From: Planctomycetota bacterium
Lineage (GTDB): Bacteria > Planctomycetota > Planctomycetia > Pirellulales > Lacipirellulaceae
Reading direction: 5' to 3'
Length of the DNA: 19,362 nt
Assembly: GCA_039190745.1 (NCBI GenBank)
Contig: JBCCXZ010000063.1
Location: 1 to 19,362, forward strand
Below are positions 1 through 9,266 of this stretch, piece by piece (the first letter of the stretch is position 1; the number at the start of each line of letters is the position of its first letter). Under the pieces are notes generated by a model. The model did not search any database. It had not been told where the DNA came from and worked only from the letters and a program-made list of their open reading frames with translations. The position numbers and the translations under genes are program-made.

Positions 1-2
1 CG

Positions 3-1109
3 GACGTCGATGGCTTGGAGTTCACTGAGGGCGACAACCCGACTGAACTCGTCACCGCCGCGACTATCAGCGACGAGGACAGTTCCGAGCTCAACGGCGC
101 CACGATCTCTCTCGTCGACAACCCAGACGCGGCGGCAGAGGTGCTTGCGGTCGACACTTCGAACACCTCCATCACCGACACGTTCGAGAACGGCGTCCTC
201 ACGTTGTCCGGAGCCGCCTCGGTTGCCGAGTACGAGCAGGTGCTCCGCACGCTGACCTACAGCAACACGTCCCAGAACCCGACAGGCTCCGAGCGGACGG
301 TCAACGTCGTTGTCCGTGACGAGAGCGACAGCCCGAGCGAAGTCCGCACCGCGTCGCTCATGGTCACCCCCGTCAACGACGCCCCGACCCTCGAGAGCAT
401 CGATAACCTCACGGCGTCGTTCGGCGAGATGCTGGAGATTACCGTCACCGCGGCTGACCCCGACGACAGCACACTGACCTTCGGGCTGGAAGGAGTCAAC
501 CTACCCGACACAGCAACGATCACGCCGAACGCGGACGGCGTGTCCGCTGTGATCCGTTACCAGCCCAATATGGACGACGGCTTCGGGCCGCTTGAGTTCA
601 TCGTGACGGTTTCCGACGAAGACCCGACGACGCCGCTGACCGCTAGCGAGATGTTCGTTCTCACGATCGACGGCGGTTCCGACCCGGTCGTCGATCTGAA
701 CGGCGAGGCGCCCGATTCTGACTTCGCCGCGGGGTACCAAGAGGGCTCGCCCGCTGAACTGATCGTCGACCCGGGCCTGACGGTCGAAGACGCCGACTCA
801 ACCACCCTCGCGAGTGCAACCATCACGCTCACGAACCCGCAGGACGGCAACGCAGAGTCGCTCTCAATCGACACTTCAAACACGAGCATATCCCCAGTCG
901 CCTACGACCCTACCACGGGCGTGCTGTCTCTGATCGGCGTGGCGCCGGTGTCCGAGTGCCAGCAAGTCCTCCGCTCGTTGAGGTACCAGAACACCTCGCA
1001 AGACCCGACCGAGGGCGACCGCGTCGTTTCGGTCGTGGTCAGTGACGGGGCGTCGGAGTCCGCGACGGTCAACTCGACCGTAACCGTGACGGCGGTGAAC
1101 GACTCGCCC
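3..1109 (+). repeat. Two diverged intragenic ~130-140 aa modules (3-386 and 684-1109), each followed by an Ig-like module (A-B-A-B)
   Basis: Shared peptides DTSNTSI, GVL(T/S)L, QVLR(T/S)L.Y.NTSQ.PT and VND(A/S)P; nucleotide trace TCGACACTTC(G/A)AACAC at 151-166 and 868-883. Confidence 0.8.
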
Positions 1110-2561
1110 GACCTGAGTTTCGAGGCGCCGTTCGACGGCAGCGACACGCCGGCCTTCGTCCTGATCAATCAGCCCATCGACATCACGGCGATGGTCAACG
1201 ACCCCGACCACGACAACTACGAGCTCTTCTTCCGCCTCGACCTGAAAGACTCCGGCATCTCGCCGGGGAGCGCCCAGCCCACAATCACGTCGGCGCCGAA
1301 CGACAACCCGGGCGGCCAGTTCTCCTGGACGCCGGACGAGACGGGGACCTTCGTCATCACCGTCATCGTCACCGACGCCCTCGGCGGCGTCGACCAAGAG
1401 ACCTTCACGGTTGAGGTCATCGCCCCGACGGCAACCTGGATCAACCCGGACGGCGGGGCGTGGAACGTTGCCGCGAACTGGGAGGGCGGCGAGGTCCCCG
1501 ACGCCGACGACATCGTCTACATCGGCCCCTTGAACAGCGACTCCGAGGTGTTTGTCAATTCAGTAGAAGAGGTAGCCGGCATCCTGCTGGACGACAGCCT
1601 CCGGGTCACCTCGGGTGCGCTCACAGCAGGCGAAATCAACATCGGCGACGGGGAGTTCACTCTCGCGAGCGGAATCCTGCGTGACACCGAGATCAATGCC
1701 GCATCCCCTACCGCCGTCTCCCTAGAGAGCTTGACCCTCGACAATGTAACACTGAACGCCGACGCCACGATCAACCCACAACGGACGGTCACAGTAGTCA
1801 ACGGCCTGACGGTCAACGCCGACCTGACCCTCGCCGGCGACAGCGGCGTAGGCTCCAGTCTTCAGGCAGCGCTCCGATTCAACGGCACTCAGACGCTCGA
1901 CGGCACGGGCCGCGTCGTCTTCTCCGACCAAAACGAAAGCGGAACCCAACCCGCAAACAACCTACTCACACTGAACAACCTCTCCAACGATAGTGAGACG
2001 CTGACGATCGGGGCGGATATCGAGTTGATCGGAGAGAGCGGATCGGTCTCCGTCGCCAGCCCCGCTCAGGACAACATCGTCTTGGAAGGCACTCTCACGG
2101 TCGTCGAGGACGGCGATCTCACAATCTCAGCCATTCAGAACGACGGCTCGATCGTCGTTGCAGGCGACCTAAACGGGACCTCGATCGACAACCGCGGTCT
2201 GTTAGACGTCGCGTCAACGGGAATCGTGAACCTTAGCGAGGACTACAACCAGTCGGCCGCCGGGAGGTATCGAGTGGGCATCGCAGGTCTGGGCGCGACC
2301 GACTTCGGACGCCTCGTCGCAACGGGTACGGTCGACCTCGCCGGCGAGATCGTCATCAACCACGAGAACGGCTTCCAACCCGCCGTCGATGATGCGTTCG
2401 CCCTGATCGAGTTCGGGTCGCTCAACGGGGCGTTCGACACGATCGACGACCCGGATGGAACCACCTATGAGTTGGTCAGCGACGCCGACTCACTCGATGC
2501 GCGGGTCACGGGAGTCACTCAGTCTTCGAATTCCGTCGATCTGGCGCTCGGGGACCTGTAG
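3..2561 (+). CDS. Large secreted acidic adhesin-like protein, C-terminal part (cadherin/Ig-like repeats plus beta-helix passenger-like region); 5'-truncated by the window
   Basis: Frame is open from base 3 (GAC GTC GAT GGC TTG...), so TTG at 15 is probably not the true start; stop TAG 2559-2561. D/E/T/S-rich; two homologous modules ending VNDAP/VNDSP with 'EYEQVLRTLTYSNTSQNP'/'ECQQVLRSLRYQNTSQDP'; Ig-like modules with A/NDPD motifs; 'WINPDGGAWNVAANWEGGEVP' and 'DFGRLVATGTVDLAGEIVI...GFQP' resemble passenger/beta-helix regions. Confidence 0.8.
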   Translation, partial: DVDGLEFTEGDNPTELVTAATISDEDSSELNGATISLVDNPDAAAEVLAVDTSNTSITDTFENGVLTLSGAASVAEYEQVLRTLTYSNTSQNPTGSERTVNVVVRDESDSPSEVRTASLMVTPVNDAPTLESIDNLTASFGEMLEITVTAADPDDSTLTFGLEGVNLPDTATITPNADGVSAVIRYQPNMDDGFGPLEFIVTVSDEDPTTPLTASEMFVLTIDGGSDPVVDLNGEAPDSDFAAGYQEGSPAELIVDPGLTVEDADSTTLASATITLTNPQDGNAESLSIDTSNTSISPVAYDPTTGVLSLIGVAPVSECQQVLRSLRYQNTSQDPTEGDRVVSVVVSDGASESATVNSTVTVTAVNDSPDLSFEAPFDGSDTPAFVLINQPIDITAMVNDPDHDNYELFFRLDLKDSGISPGSAQPTITSAPNDNPGGQFSWTPDETGTFVITVIVTDALGGVDQETFTVEVIAPTATWINPDGGAWNVAANWEGGEVPDADDIVYIGPLNSDSEVFVNSVEEVAGILLDDSLRVTSGALTAGEINIGDGEFTLASGILRDTEINAASPTAVSLESLTLDNVTLNADATINPQRTVTVVNGLTVNADLTLAGDSGVGSSLQAALRFNGTQTLDGTGRVVFSDQNESGTQPANNLLTLNNLSNDSETLTIGADIELIGESGSVSVASPAQDNIVLEGTLTVVEDGDLTISAIQNDGSIVVAGDLNGTSIDNRGLLDVASTGIVNLSEDYNQSAAGRYRVGIAGLGATDFGRLVATGTVDLAGEIVINHENGFQPAVDDAFALIEFGSLNGAFDTIDDPDGTTYELVSDADSLDARVTGVTQSSNSVDLALGDL

Positions 2562-2585
2562 GCTAGCTTGCGCAAAGCAGCTCTG

Positions 2586-2671
2586 CCCGGCGCGCCGGCT
2601 GTCCTACCGATTCGCCAGGCTGAGCAGAAGCCGCCGAAACCTGCGGTCGGCCGGAGAGCCTGCGCGCCGGG
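2586..2671. repeat. Long imperfect inverted repeat / stem-loop in the intergenic region
   Basis: Arm 2586-2610 CCCGGCGCGCCGGCTGTCCTACCGA versus reverse complement of 2647-2671 CCCGGCGCGCAGGCTCTCCGGCCGA: 21/25 identical, outer 10 bp perfect; more pairing is possible inside the 36-nt spacer. Confidence 0.75.
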
Positions 2672-2691
2672 TCGTCCCGTCTTGGGGCATC

Positions 2692-2700
2692 TGATAAACT
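2692..2700 (+). promoter_or_regulatory. Putative extended -10 promoter element (TGnTAAACT) for the DUF1553-DUF1501 operon
   Basis: TGATAAACT ending 42 nt before ATG 2743; an AT-rich patch in a GC-rich spacer. Confidence 0.4.
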
Positions 2701-2742
2701 GCACACAATCCCACCGCAGGCACCCCGACCACGGACCGGCCG

Positions 2743-5700
2743 ATGAACCGCCTCCCCGGCGCCACCACGCTTTGCAAACTCACGCTCCGCGCCTCACTGC
2801 TCGCCGTCCTCAGCGTAGCCCCTCTCGCTGCGGCCGAAGCTGAGATCGAGTTCAACCGCGACATCCGCCCGCTGCTGAGCGACAAGTGTTTCCAGTGCCA
2901 CGGGCCCGACGACCAGACCCGCGAGGCGGGTCTGCGGCTCGATACGGCCGAGGGCGCCTTCGAAGACCTCGGTGGCTACGCCGCTTTTGTTCCTAACAAC
3001 ACCGAACAGAGCGAGGCGCTCGTCCGCATCCACAGCGACGACGAGTACCTCCAGATGCCGCCGCCCGAATCGAACCTCGTCCTCACCGACGAGGAGAAGG
3101 CCAAGCTCACCGAGTGGGTCCGCCAGGGCGCCCCGTGGAAGGGGCACTGGGCCTTCGACCTGCCGAAAACCGTCGCCCCGCCGGTGCTCGAAGGCGACGA
3201 CTGGTCGCGCACGCCGATCGACCGGTTCGTCTACCGCCGCCTCCGCTCCGAAGGACTGCAGCCCGCGGCCGATGCGGACCCGGCCACGCTCCTCCGCCGC
3301 GTGACGCTCGACCTCACCGGCCTGCCGCCGACCCGCGAAGAGTACGAAGCCTTCCTCACCGACCCCTCCGACGAGGCCTACGAGCGCGTCGTCGACCGGC
3401 TGCTCAAGTCCGACGCCCACGCCGAACGGCTCGCGCTCGAGTGGCTCGACGTGGCCCGCTACGCCGACTCGCACGGCTTGCACGCCGACGGCTCGCGCAA
3501 CATGTGGCGGTGGCGAGACTGGGTGATCGACGCCTTCCGCCGCAACACGCCGTACGACGAGTTCGTCACCCTGCAGCTCGCCGGCGACCTGCTCGAAGAG
3601 CCCACCCGCGAAAGCCGCCTCGCCACCGCGTTCCACCGCAACCACCCCATGACCGGCGAAGGCGGCGTCATCAACGAAGAGTTCCGCTGGAACAACGTCT
3701 TCGACCGCACGGAAACCACCGCCACCGCGTTCCTCGGCCTAACCGTCGAGTGTTCACGCTGCCACGACCACAAGTTCGACCCGCTCTCACACCGCGAGTA
3801 CTTCCAGCTCGCGTCGTTTTTTAACAACGTCCGCGAACTCGGCATGACCGGCGACGATGGTGACTACGGCCCTCTGCTCGCGCTGTCGACCGACGAGCAG
3901 ACCGAGCAGCTCGCCGGCCTCGACCGCGAGCTCGCCGCGGCCGCCGCACGCCTGGAAGAGGCCCGCGAGTCCGCACAGCCTTCAGGCGAAGAGCCTCCCG
4001 GCCTGGACCTCGCTGCGTTCATCCCCCCGGCCGACAAGCACTACCCGCTCGATGGCGCGGAAAACGTTGAGGTCAAACAAGAAAAGCCCAAGCAAGAAAA
4101 AGACGACGCCGAGGCCGCGGAGGCAAAAAAGACCGGCCCCGTACCAACCTACATACGTCTCGACGAGGCCGAGGAACTGCAGGCGAACATCCAGCCCGAC
4201 TTCCGCCCCGGCATCGCCGGCGAAGCCGCGTTCGTCGAGGGCGAGTACGGCTTCCTCAAGCTCCGCGGCGTCGGCGTGATCGACACGGCCGAGCCGCTCT
4301 CGGCCGCGTTGTGGGTCTACCCCGAAACCCCCGACCGCAGCCCCGACGCCCCGCCCAACACCCGCGTGCTGCTCGGCGCCGCGGGCGAGAAGAACCAACG
4401 CTGGCGGGGCTGGGAGCTGTACCTCGACCTCGAAGGCCGCCCGGCCGTGTCCTTCGTCCACGGCCTGCCGGACAACCAGCTCCGTGTCCGCGGGGTCGAC
4501 CGCATCCCGAACCTCATGTGGTCCCACGTCGCCTTCGCCTACGACGGCTCGGCCCGGGCCGGAGGGGTTCGGCTCTTCGTCAACGGCCGGGAGATCGAAC
4601 TCGTTGTCGAAGACGACGCGCTCGACAAAACGATCTACCCGCTCAAGCTCGCCGACGGCTACCCGCGCGACCCCGACCGAGAGATGCGCATCGGACGCAG
4701 CCAGCGTGCCTACACCGGCGACTTCGGCGTCTACAAGGGCGGCCTCGACGACCTGCGGTTCTTCGACACCGCGATCACCGCCGTCGAAGCCGCTGCGCTC
4801 TACGACTCCTACCGCGCCGCCGCCCCTGAACCGCTCGCTGCATATCGGCTGGAGCCGCAAGATTGGGCCGAGCACCGCCTCGCCCGCGACGTGCCCGAGG
4901 TCGATCAGGCGTTGCGTGCCCACCGGCAACTCCTCGCCGAACGCATCGCGTTGAACAACGAGATCGAGTCGGTCATGGTCATGCAAGAAATGCCCGAGCC
5001 CCGCCAGGCGCACATCCTCGAGCGCGGCTTGTACAACATGCTGGGCGACCCGGTCCAGCCCGGCGTCCCCGAGATCGCCGGAGCCATGGCCGACGACCTC
5101 CCCCGCAACCGGCTGGGCCTGGCCCGCTGGCTGTTCAACGAAGACAACCCGCTCACCGCCCGCGTCGCCGTGAACCGCTACTGGCAGCTGCTCTTCGGCC
5201 GCGGTATCGTCGGTACGCCGGACGACTTCGGCACGCAGGGCGAGCAGCCCACGCACCCTGAGCTGCTCGACTGGCTCGCTCTGCGGTTCCATGACAGCGG
5301 CTGGGACGTACGCGAGTTAATGCGTGTGATGGTCCTCTCCTCGGCCTACCGCCAGTCGTCGAGCATCGCCGCCTGGCAGGCCGCCGCTACCCCCGATCTT
5401 GCCGACGCGATGGTCGTCGACCCCGAGAACCGCCTCCTCTGGCGGGGCGCCTCCTACCGGCTCCCCGGCGAAGCGATCCGCAACGCCGCCCTCGCAGCAA
5501 GCGGCCTGCTTGTCCGCGACGTCGGCGGCCCCAGCGTCAAACCGTACCAGCCCGAGGGCCTGTGGATCGAGAAGAACAACTTCTCCTTCGACCTCATGCG
5601 GTACGTCCCCGACGAGGGTCACAAGCTCTACCGCCGCAGCATGTACACTTTCATCCGCCGCACGTCGCCGCCGCCGGCGATGGAAACCTTCGACGTACCC

Positions 5701-6087
5701 AACCGCAGCCGCTGCACCGTCAAACGCGAAGTGACCAACACGCCGCTGCAAGCTCTGGTGTTGATGAACGACCCGCAGTTCATCGAGGCCGCCCGCGTGC
5801 TGGCCCTGGGCGTGCTCTCTGAAGGAGATGGGGGCCCGGCCGAGCGCATTGCGGCAGTCTTCCACAAGCTCACCGGCCGCGAACCCAACGCCGACGAACT
5901 CACCGCCCTGACCAAGCTGCACGACCAGTGCCACGCCTGCTACACCGACGACGCATCCGCCTGCGAGCAGCTGCTCGCCGTCGGCGACTCCGCCTGCCCC
6001 GAGGACGCCGACAAGCCGTCCCTCGCCGCGCTGGCCGTCGTCGCCAACACCGTCATGAACTACGACGCCTTCTACATGAAGCGCTAA
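2743..6087 (+). CDS. Planctomycete cytochrome c / DUF1549 (PSCyt2) / LamG-like / DUF1553 (PSD1) domain protein
   Basis: Signal peptide (…PLAAA-EAE); '[20 protein letters not shown]' CxxCH at 2887; '[14 protein letters not shown]'; '[15 protein letters not shown]'; '[10 protein letters not shown]'; second CxxCH '[11 protein letters not shown]' at 3751; LamG-like insert ([24 protein letters not shown]); DUF1553 motifs '[14 protein letters not shown]', '[11 protein letters not shown]', '[13 protein letters not shown]'. Confidence 0.93.
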   Translation: MNRLPGATTLCKLTLRASLLAVLSVAPLAAAEAEIEFNRDIRPLLSDKCFQCHGPDDQTREAGLRLDTAEGAFEDLGGYAAFVPNNTEQSEALVRIHSDDEYLQMPPPESNLVLTDEEKAKLTEWVRQGAPWKGHWAFDLPKTVAPPVLEGDDWSRTPIDRFVYRRLRSEGLQPAADADPATLLRRVTLDLTGLPPTREEYEAFLTDPSDEAYERVVDRLLKSDAHAERLALEWLDVARYADSHGLHADGSRNMWRWRDWVIDAFRRNTPYDEFVTLQLAGDLLEEPTRESRLATAFHRNHPMTGEGGVINEEFRWNNVFDRTETTATAFLGLTVECSRCHDHKFDPLSHREYFQLASFFNNVRELGMTGDDGDYGPLLALSTDEQTEQLAGLDRELAAAAARLEEARESAQPSGEEPPGLDLAAFIPPADKHYPLDGAENVEVKQEKPKQEKDDAEAAEAKKTGPVPTYIRLDEAEELQANIQPDFRPGIAGEAAFVEGEYGFLKLRGVGVIDTAEPLSAALWVYPETPDRSPDAPPNTRVLLGAAGEKNQRWRGWELYLDLEGRPAVSFVHGLPDNQLRVRGVDRIPNLMWSHVAFAYDGSARAGGVRLFVNGREIELVVEDDALDKTIYPLKLADGYPRDPDREMRIGRSQRAYTGDFGVYKGGLDDLRFFDTAITAVEAAALYDSYRAAAPEPLAAYRLEPQDWAEHRLARDVPEVDQALRAHRQLLAERIALNNEIESVMVMQEMPEPRQAHILERGLYNMLGDPVQPGVPEIAGAMADDLPRNRLGLARWLFNEDNPLTARVAVNRYWQLLFGRGIVGTPDDFGTQGEQPTHPELLDWLALRFHDSGWDVRELMRVMVLSSAYRQSSSIAAWQAAATPDLADAMVVDPENRLLWRGASYRLPGEAIRNAALAASGLLVRDVGGPSVKPYQPEGLWIEKNNFSFDLMRYVPDEGHKLYRRSMYTFIRRTSPPPAMETFDVPNRSRCTVKREVTNTPLQALVLMNDPQFIEAARVLALGVLSEGDGGPAERIAAVFHKLTGREPNADELTALTKLHDQCHACYTDDASACEQLLAVGDSACPEDADKPSLAALAVVANTVMNYDAFYMKR

Positions 6088-6102
6088 GGGAAAGCCCACG
6101 CC

Positions 6103-7557
6103 ATGACCCACTGCGGACGCTACGAAAACCCCGCCTCCCGCCGCGAGTTCCTCTCCCGCGCCTCGCTCGGGCTCGGCGCAGCGGCCTTCGCGTCGCTCTC
6201 CGGCGACGCCGCCCCCGCGTTCGGGGCGCCTTCTCTAGGGAAGGGCGGCGGCGTGCTCTCGCAGCCCCACTTCCCCGCCAAAGCCAAGCGGGTGATCTAC
6301 CTCTTCCAGAGCGGCGCCCCCTCGCAGCACGACTTGTACGACTACAAGCCGAAGCTCAACGAGATGAACGGCCAAGACCTGCCCGACTCGGTGCGCCAGG
6401 GCCAACGCATCACCGGCATGACCGCCGGCCAAGCCACGCTGCCGATCGCCGGCTCGATCTTCAAGTTCGCCCAGCACGGCGAGAGCGGCGCCTGGATGAG
6501 CGACCTCCTCCCCCACACCGCCAAGATTGCCGACAAACTCTGCGTCTGCAAATCCCTGTTCACCGAGGCCATCAACCACGACCCCGGCATCACTTTCTTT
6601 CAAACCGGCTCGCAGCTCCCGGGGCGCCCCTCGATCGGCTCCTGGCTCAGCTACGGCCTCGGTTCGGAGAACGACGACCTCCCCGCCTTCGTCGTGCTCG
6701 TCACCAAGGGCAAGAAAGGCCAGCCGCTGTACGCTCGGCTGTGGGGCAACGGCTTCCTCGACTCACGCCACCAGGGCGTGCAGTTCCGCTCCGGAAAAGA
6801 CGCCGTGCTCTACCTCAGCAACCCCGACGGACTGAGCCGCAACACCCGAGCCGAGCAGATCGCCGCCCTGCAGGCCCTCCAAACACAGCGACACGAGCAG
6901 CTCGGCGACAGCGAGGTCCTTGCCCCGCTGGCCCAGTACGAGATGGCCTTCCGCATGCAAACCTCCGTCCCCGAGGTGACCGACCTCTCCGACGAACCGA
7001 AAGAAACCTTCGAGCTCTACGGCCCCGACTCCCGCGACCCCGGGACCTACGCCGCCAACTGCCTGCTCGCCCGCCGGCTCGCCGAACGCGGCGTGCGGTT
7101 CATCCAGCTCTACCACCGCGGCTGGGACCAGCACACCAAGCTCCCCACCGGCATCCGCAACCAGTGCAAAGAAACCGACCAGGCCTCCGCCGCGCTCGTG
7201 ACCGACCTCGAACGCCGCGGCCTGCTGGAAGACACGCTCGTCGTGTGGGGCGGCGAGTTCGGCCGCACCAGCTACAGCCAGGGCCGGCTGAAGGTCGACG
7301 ACTACGGCCGCGACCACCACCCCCGCTGCTTCACCATCTGGATGGCCGGCGCCGGGGTCAACGCAGGCTTCACCTACGGCGCCACCGACGAGTTCGGCTA
7401 CAACATCACCGAGAACCCGGTCCACGTGCACGACTTCCAAGCCACACTGCTGCACCTCCTGGGCATCGACCACGAGCGGCTCACCTTCAAGTACCAGGGC
7501 CGCCGCTTCCGCCTGACCGACGTCCATGGTGAAGTTGTCGAACCGCTATTGGCCTAG
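6103..7557 (+). CDS. DUF1501 domain protein (sulfatase/alkaline phosphatase-like fold), Tat-exported
   Basis: Twin-arginine SRREFL at 6136; 'AKAKRVIYLFQSGAPSQHDLYDYKP', 'CLLARRLAERGVRFIQL', 'WDQH', 'LVVWGGEFGRT', 'GRDHHP', 'HVHDFQATLLHLLGIDHERLT'; 15 nt downstream of the DUF1553 gene, the usual pairing. Confidence 0.93.
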   Translation: MTHCGRYENPASRREFLSRASLGLGAAAFASLSGDAAPAFGAPSLGKGGGVLSQPHFPAKAKRVIYLFQSGAPSQHDLYDYKPKLNEMNGQDLPDSVRQGQRITGMTAGQATLPIAGSIFKFAQHGESGAWMSDLLPHTAKIADKLCVCKSLFTEAINHDPGITFFQTGSQLPGRPSIGSWLSYGLGSENDDLPAFVVLVTKGKKGQPLYARLWGNGFLDSRHQGVQFRSGKDAVLYLSNPDGLSRNTRAEQIAALQALQTQRHEQLGDSEVLAPLAQYEMAFRMQTSVPEVTDLSDEPKETFELYGPDSRDPGTYAANCLLARRLAERGVRFIQLYHRGWDQHTKLPTGIRNQCKETDQASAALVTDLERRGLLEDTLVVWGGEFGRTSYSQGRLKVDDYGRDHHPRCFTIWMAGAGVNAGFTYGATDEFGYNITENPVHVHDFQATLLHLLGIDHERLTFKYQGRRFRLTDVHGEVVEPLLA

Positions 7558-7586
7558 AGCTGTCGGCTCCATGCTGACGCGAGCGG

Positions 7587-7616
7587 TGGGGGCGATCCGG
7601 TTATTCATCGCCCTTA
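7587..7616 (+). terminator. Possible hairpin after the DUF1501 gene
   Basis: GGGCGAT (7590-7596) pairs with ATCGCCC (7607-7613), extendable by G-U pairs; no real U-tract. Confidence 0.25.
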
Positions 7617-7730
7617 GAACGCCTCCAAGAATCGCAACCCCATCGGCCCCTCTTGGGCCTAACTGTGAGCAATGCCTGCAGGGTGAGTTAGTGGATTCCC
7701 TCGCTCTTGCATTCTTATTGTGGGCTTCAC

Positions 7731-7777
7731 TTGGCTGAACCGTTTGCCGCGTCGTACAATTACAACAACACAAGGAG
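7731..7777 (+). promoter_or_regulatory. Putative sigma70-type promoter and RBS for the GspE-like gene
   Basis: TTGGCT (7731-7736), 18-nt spacer, TACAAT (7755-7760); A/C-rich leader; AAGGAG (7772-7777) 5 nt before ATG 7783. Confidence 0.55.
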
Positions 7778-7782
7778 CCGCC

Positions 7783-9261
7783 ATGAGCAGCGACCCCGCC
7801 GCCACGCGGCTCGATCAGTGGTACTTCGAAATCGGAGACGGCAACACCTACGGGCCGTACCCGATGGCGAAGCTCCAGAAATGGGCCGCGGCCGGCAACC
7901 TGATGCCGACCCACCGCGTCCGTCGTGCAGACTCGTCCGAGTGGACGATCGCCGCCTACGTTCCCGGGCTCGAACTGACCACCGCCGCAACGGACGACCC
8001 CGCCGACGCCGAGGCCCCGGAGGAGGAGCAGAAGGGCGGCTCGCTCGGCGGCCTTATCCGCGGCAAGGGCCGCAAGCCGAAGGCCCCCGCCGCCGAACCG
8101 CCGGACATCGTCGCGATGTGCCAGAAGTTCCTCGACACGGCCTACGAACGGGCCGCGTCCGATCTGCACATCGACCCCGAAGAAAACATCGTCCTTGTGC
8201 AGATCCGCGTCGACGGCGAACTCGAGCCGCTCCAGAAACTGCCCAAGGCGCTGCACGGCCCCGTGATCGGCCGCATGAAGGTCCTCGCCGGCATGGACAT
8301 CGCCGAGAAACGTCTTCCGCAAGACGGCAGCTTCGTCGCCGAACTCGGCGAGAAGAAACAACGCATCCACCTCCGTGCCGCGTGCCTGCCCACGACGCAC
8401 GGCGAACGGATGACGCTCCGCTTGCTCGCGGTGGAAACGGCCCAGCTCACGCTCAACCGCCTCGGCATGAGCGACGTTGCGTTGACCACATTCAGCGAGT
8501 TCGCGGCTCAGAAACAGGGCATGATTATGCTCTCGGGGCCCACCGGCAGCGGCAAGAGCACCACGCTCTACGCGGCGCTCCGCCACCGGCTCGCCCAGCA
8601 ACCCGGTCGCATCATCACGGTCGAAGACCCTGTGGAGTTCGACATTGTCGGCGTCGCCCAGGCGGAGGTCGACTCCGCCGACAAGGTGACCTTCACCTCA
8701 GCGCTAAGGAATATCCTCCGCAGCGACCCCGACGTGATCATGATCGGCGAGATCCGTGACTACGACTCGGCAGACATCGCCATCAAGGCCTCCCTCACCG
8801 GGCACCTCGTGTTCAGCTCGTTGCACACGAACTCCGCCGCGGGCGTTGTGACGCGATTGATCGACATGGGGCTGGAGCGGTATCAGGTAGCCGCAACGCT
8901 AAGGCTGAGCATCGCGCAGCGGCTTATCCGGCGCCTCTGCCAACGCTGTCGCCGCCCGCGGGAGCTGACACAACTCGAGGCCGAAACCATCGGCCGAGCC
9001 GACTTGGCGGGCGCCCCGGTCTACGAGCCTGGTTCGTGCGAGAAATGCAAAGAACGCGGATTCCGCGGCCGGATCGGCGTCTTCGAGATGCTTCCGATCG
9101 ACGACGAGCTCTCGCGCAAGATCGTCACCGGCTGCGACGAGGGTGAGATCAATCGCTACGCCCGCGAGCAGAACTGGCCCTCGCTCCGCCAGGACGCGGT
9201 GCAGAAGCTGCTCGTCGGGGCTACCAGCTATAGCGAGTTTATGACCGCGGCGGTTTGGTAG
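7783..9261 (+). CDS. GspE/PulE/PilB-family secretion/pilus assembly ATPase with N-terminal GYF_2 (DUF4339)-like domain
   Basis: Start moved to ATG 7783 because of the RBS. 'ASDLHIDP', 'RVDGEL', 'MDIAEKRLPQDG', Walker A GPTGSGKSTT (8536), 'TVEDPVE', 'LRSDPDVIMIGEIRD', His box 'TGHLVFSSLHTN', Zn motif CQRC…CEKC. N-terminus 'WYFEIGDGNTYGPYPMAKLQKWAAAGNLMPTHRVRRADSSEW' fits GYF_2. Confidence 0.92.
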   Translation: MSSDPAATRLDQWYFEIGDGNTYGPYPMAKLQKWAAAGNLMPTHRVRRADSSEWTIAAYVPGLELTTAATDDPADAEAPEEEQKGGSLGGLIRGKGRKPKAPAAEPPDIVAMCQKFLDTAYERAASDLHIDPEENIVLVQIRVDGELEPLQKLPKALHGPVIGRMKVLAGMDIAEKRLPQDGSFVAELGEKKQRIHLRAACLPTTHGERMTLRLLAVETAQLTLNRLGMSDVALTTFSEFAAQKQGMIMLSGPTGSGKSTTLYAALRHRLAQQPGRIITVEDPVEFDIVGVAQAEVDSADKVTFTSALRNILRSDPDVIMIGEIRDYDSADIAIKASLTGHLVFSSLHTNSAAGVVTRLIDMGLERYQVAATLRLSIAQRLIRRLCQRCRRPRELTQLEAETIGRADLAGAPVYEPGSCEKCKERGFRGRIGVFEMLPIDDELSRKIVTGCDEGEINRYAREQNWPSLRQDAVQKLLVGATSYSEFMTAAVW

Positions 9262-9266
9262 GCGGC

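Noticed and set aside
957..959. Cys (TGC) where the sister repeat has Tyr (TAC)
   Set aside because: A single-base difference that could be drift or a sequencing error; no functional claim is supportable.
3982..5292. 436-aa antisense ORF inside the DUF1553 gene (similarly 7546-8601 and 16009-17256)
   Set aside because: Antisense frames stay open because of GC-biased codon usage; no motifs recognised.
5920..6000. Cys cluster 'QCHACY…AC…AC' at the DUF1553 C-terminus as a third heme site
   Set aside because: CxxC is followed by Tyr, not His; it probably reflects substitutions in a variable helix.
5928..7532. 534-aa alternative-frame ORF overlapping the DUF1501 gene
   Set aside because: R/P/A-rich shadow frame typical of high-GC DNA; the DUF1501 frame has all the family motifs.
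7720..7782. Longer GTG start for the ATPase
   Set aside because: It overlaps the predicted promoter, whereas ATG 7783 has a good AAGGAG RBS.
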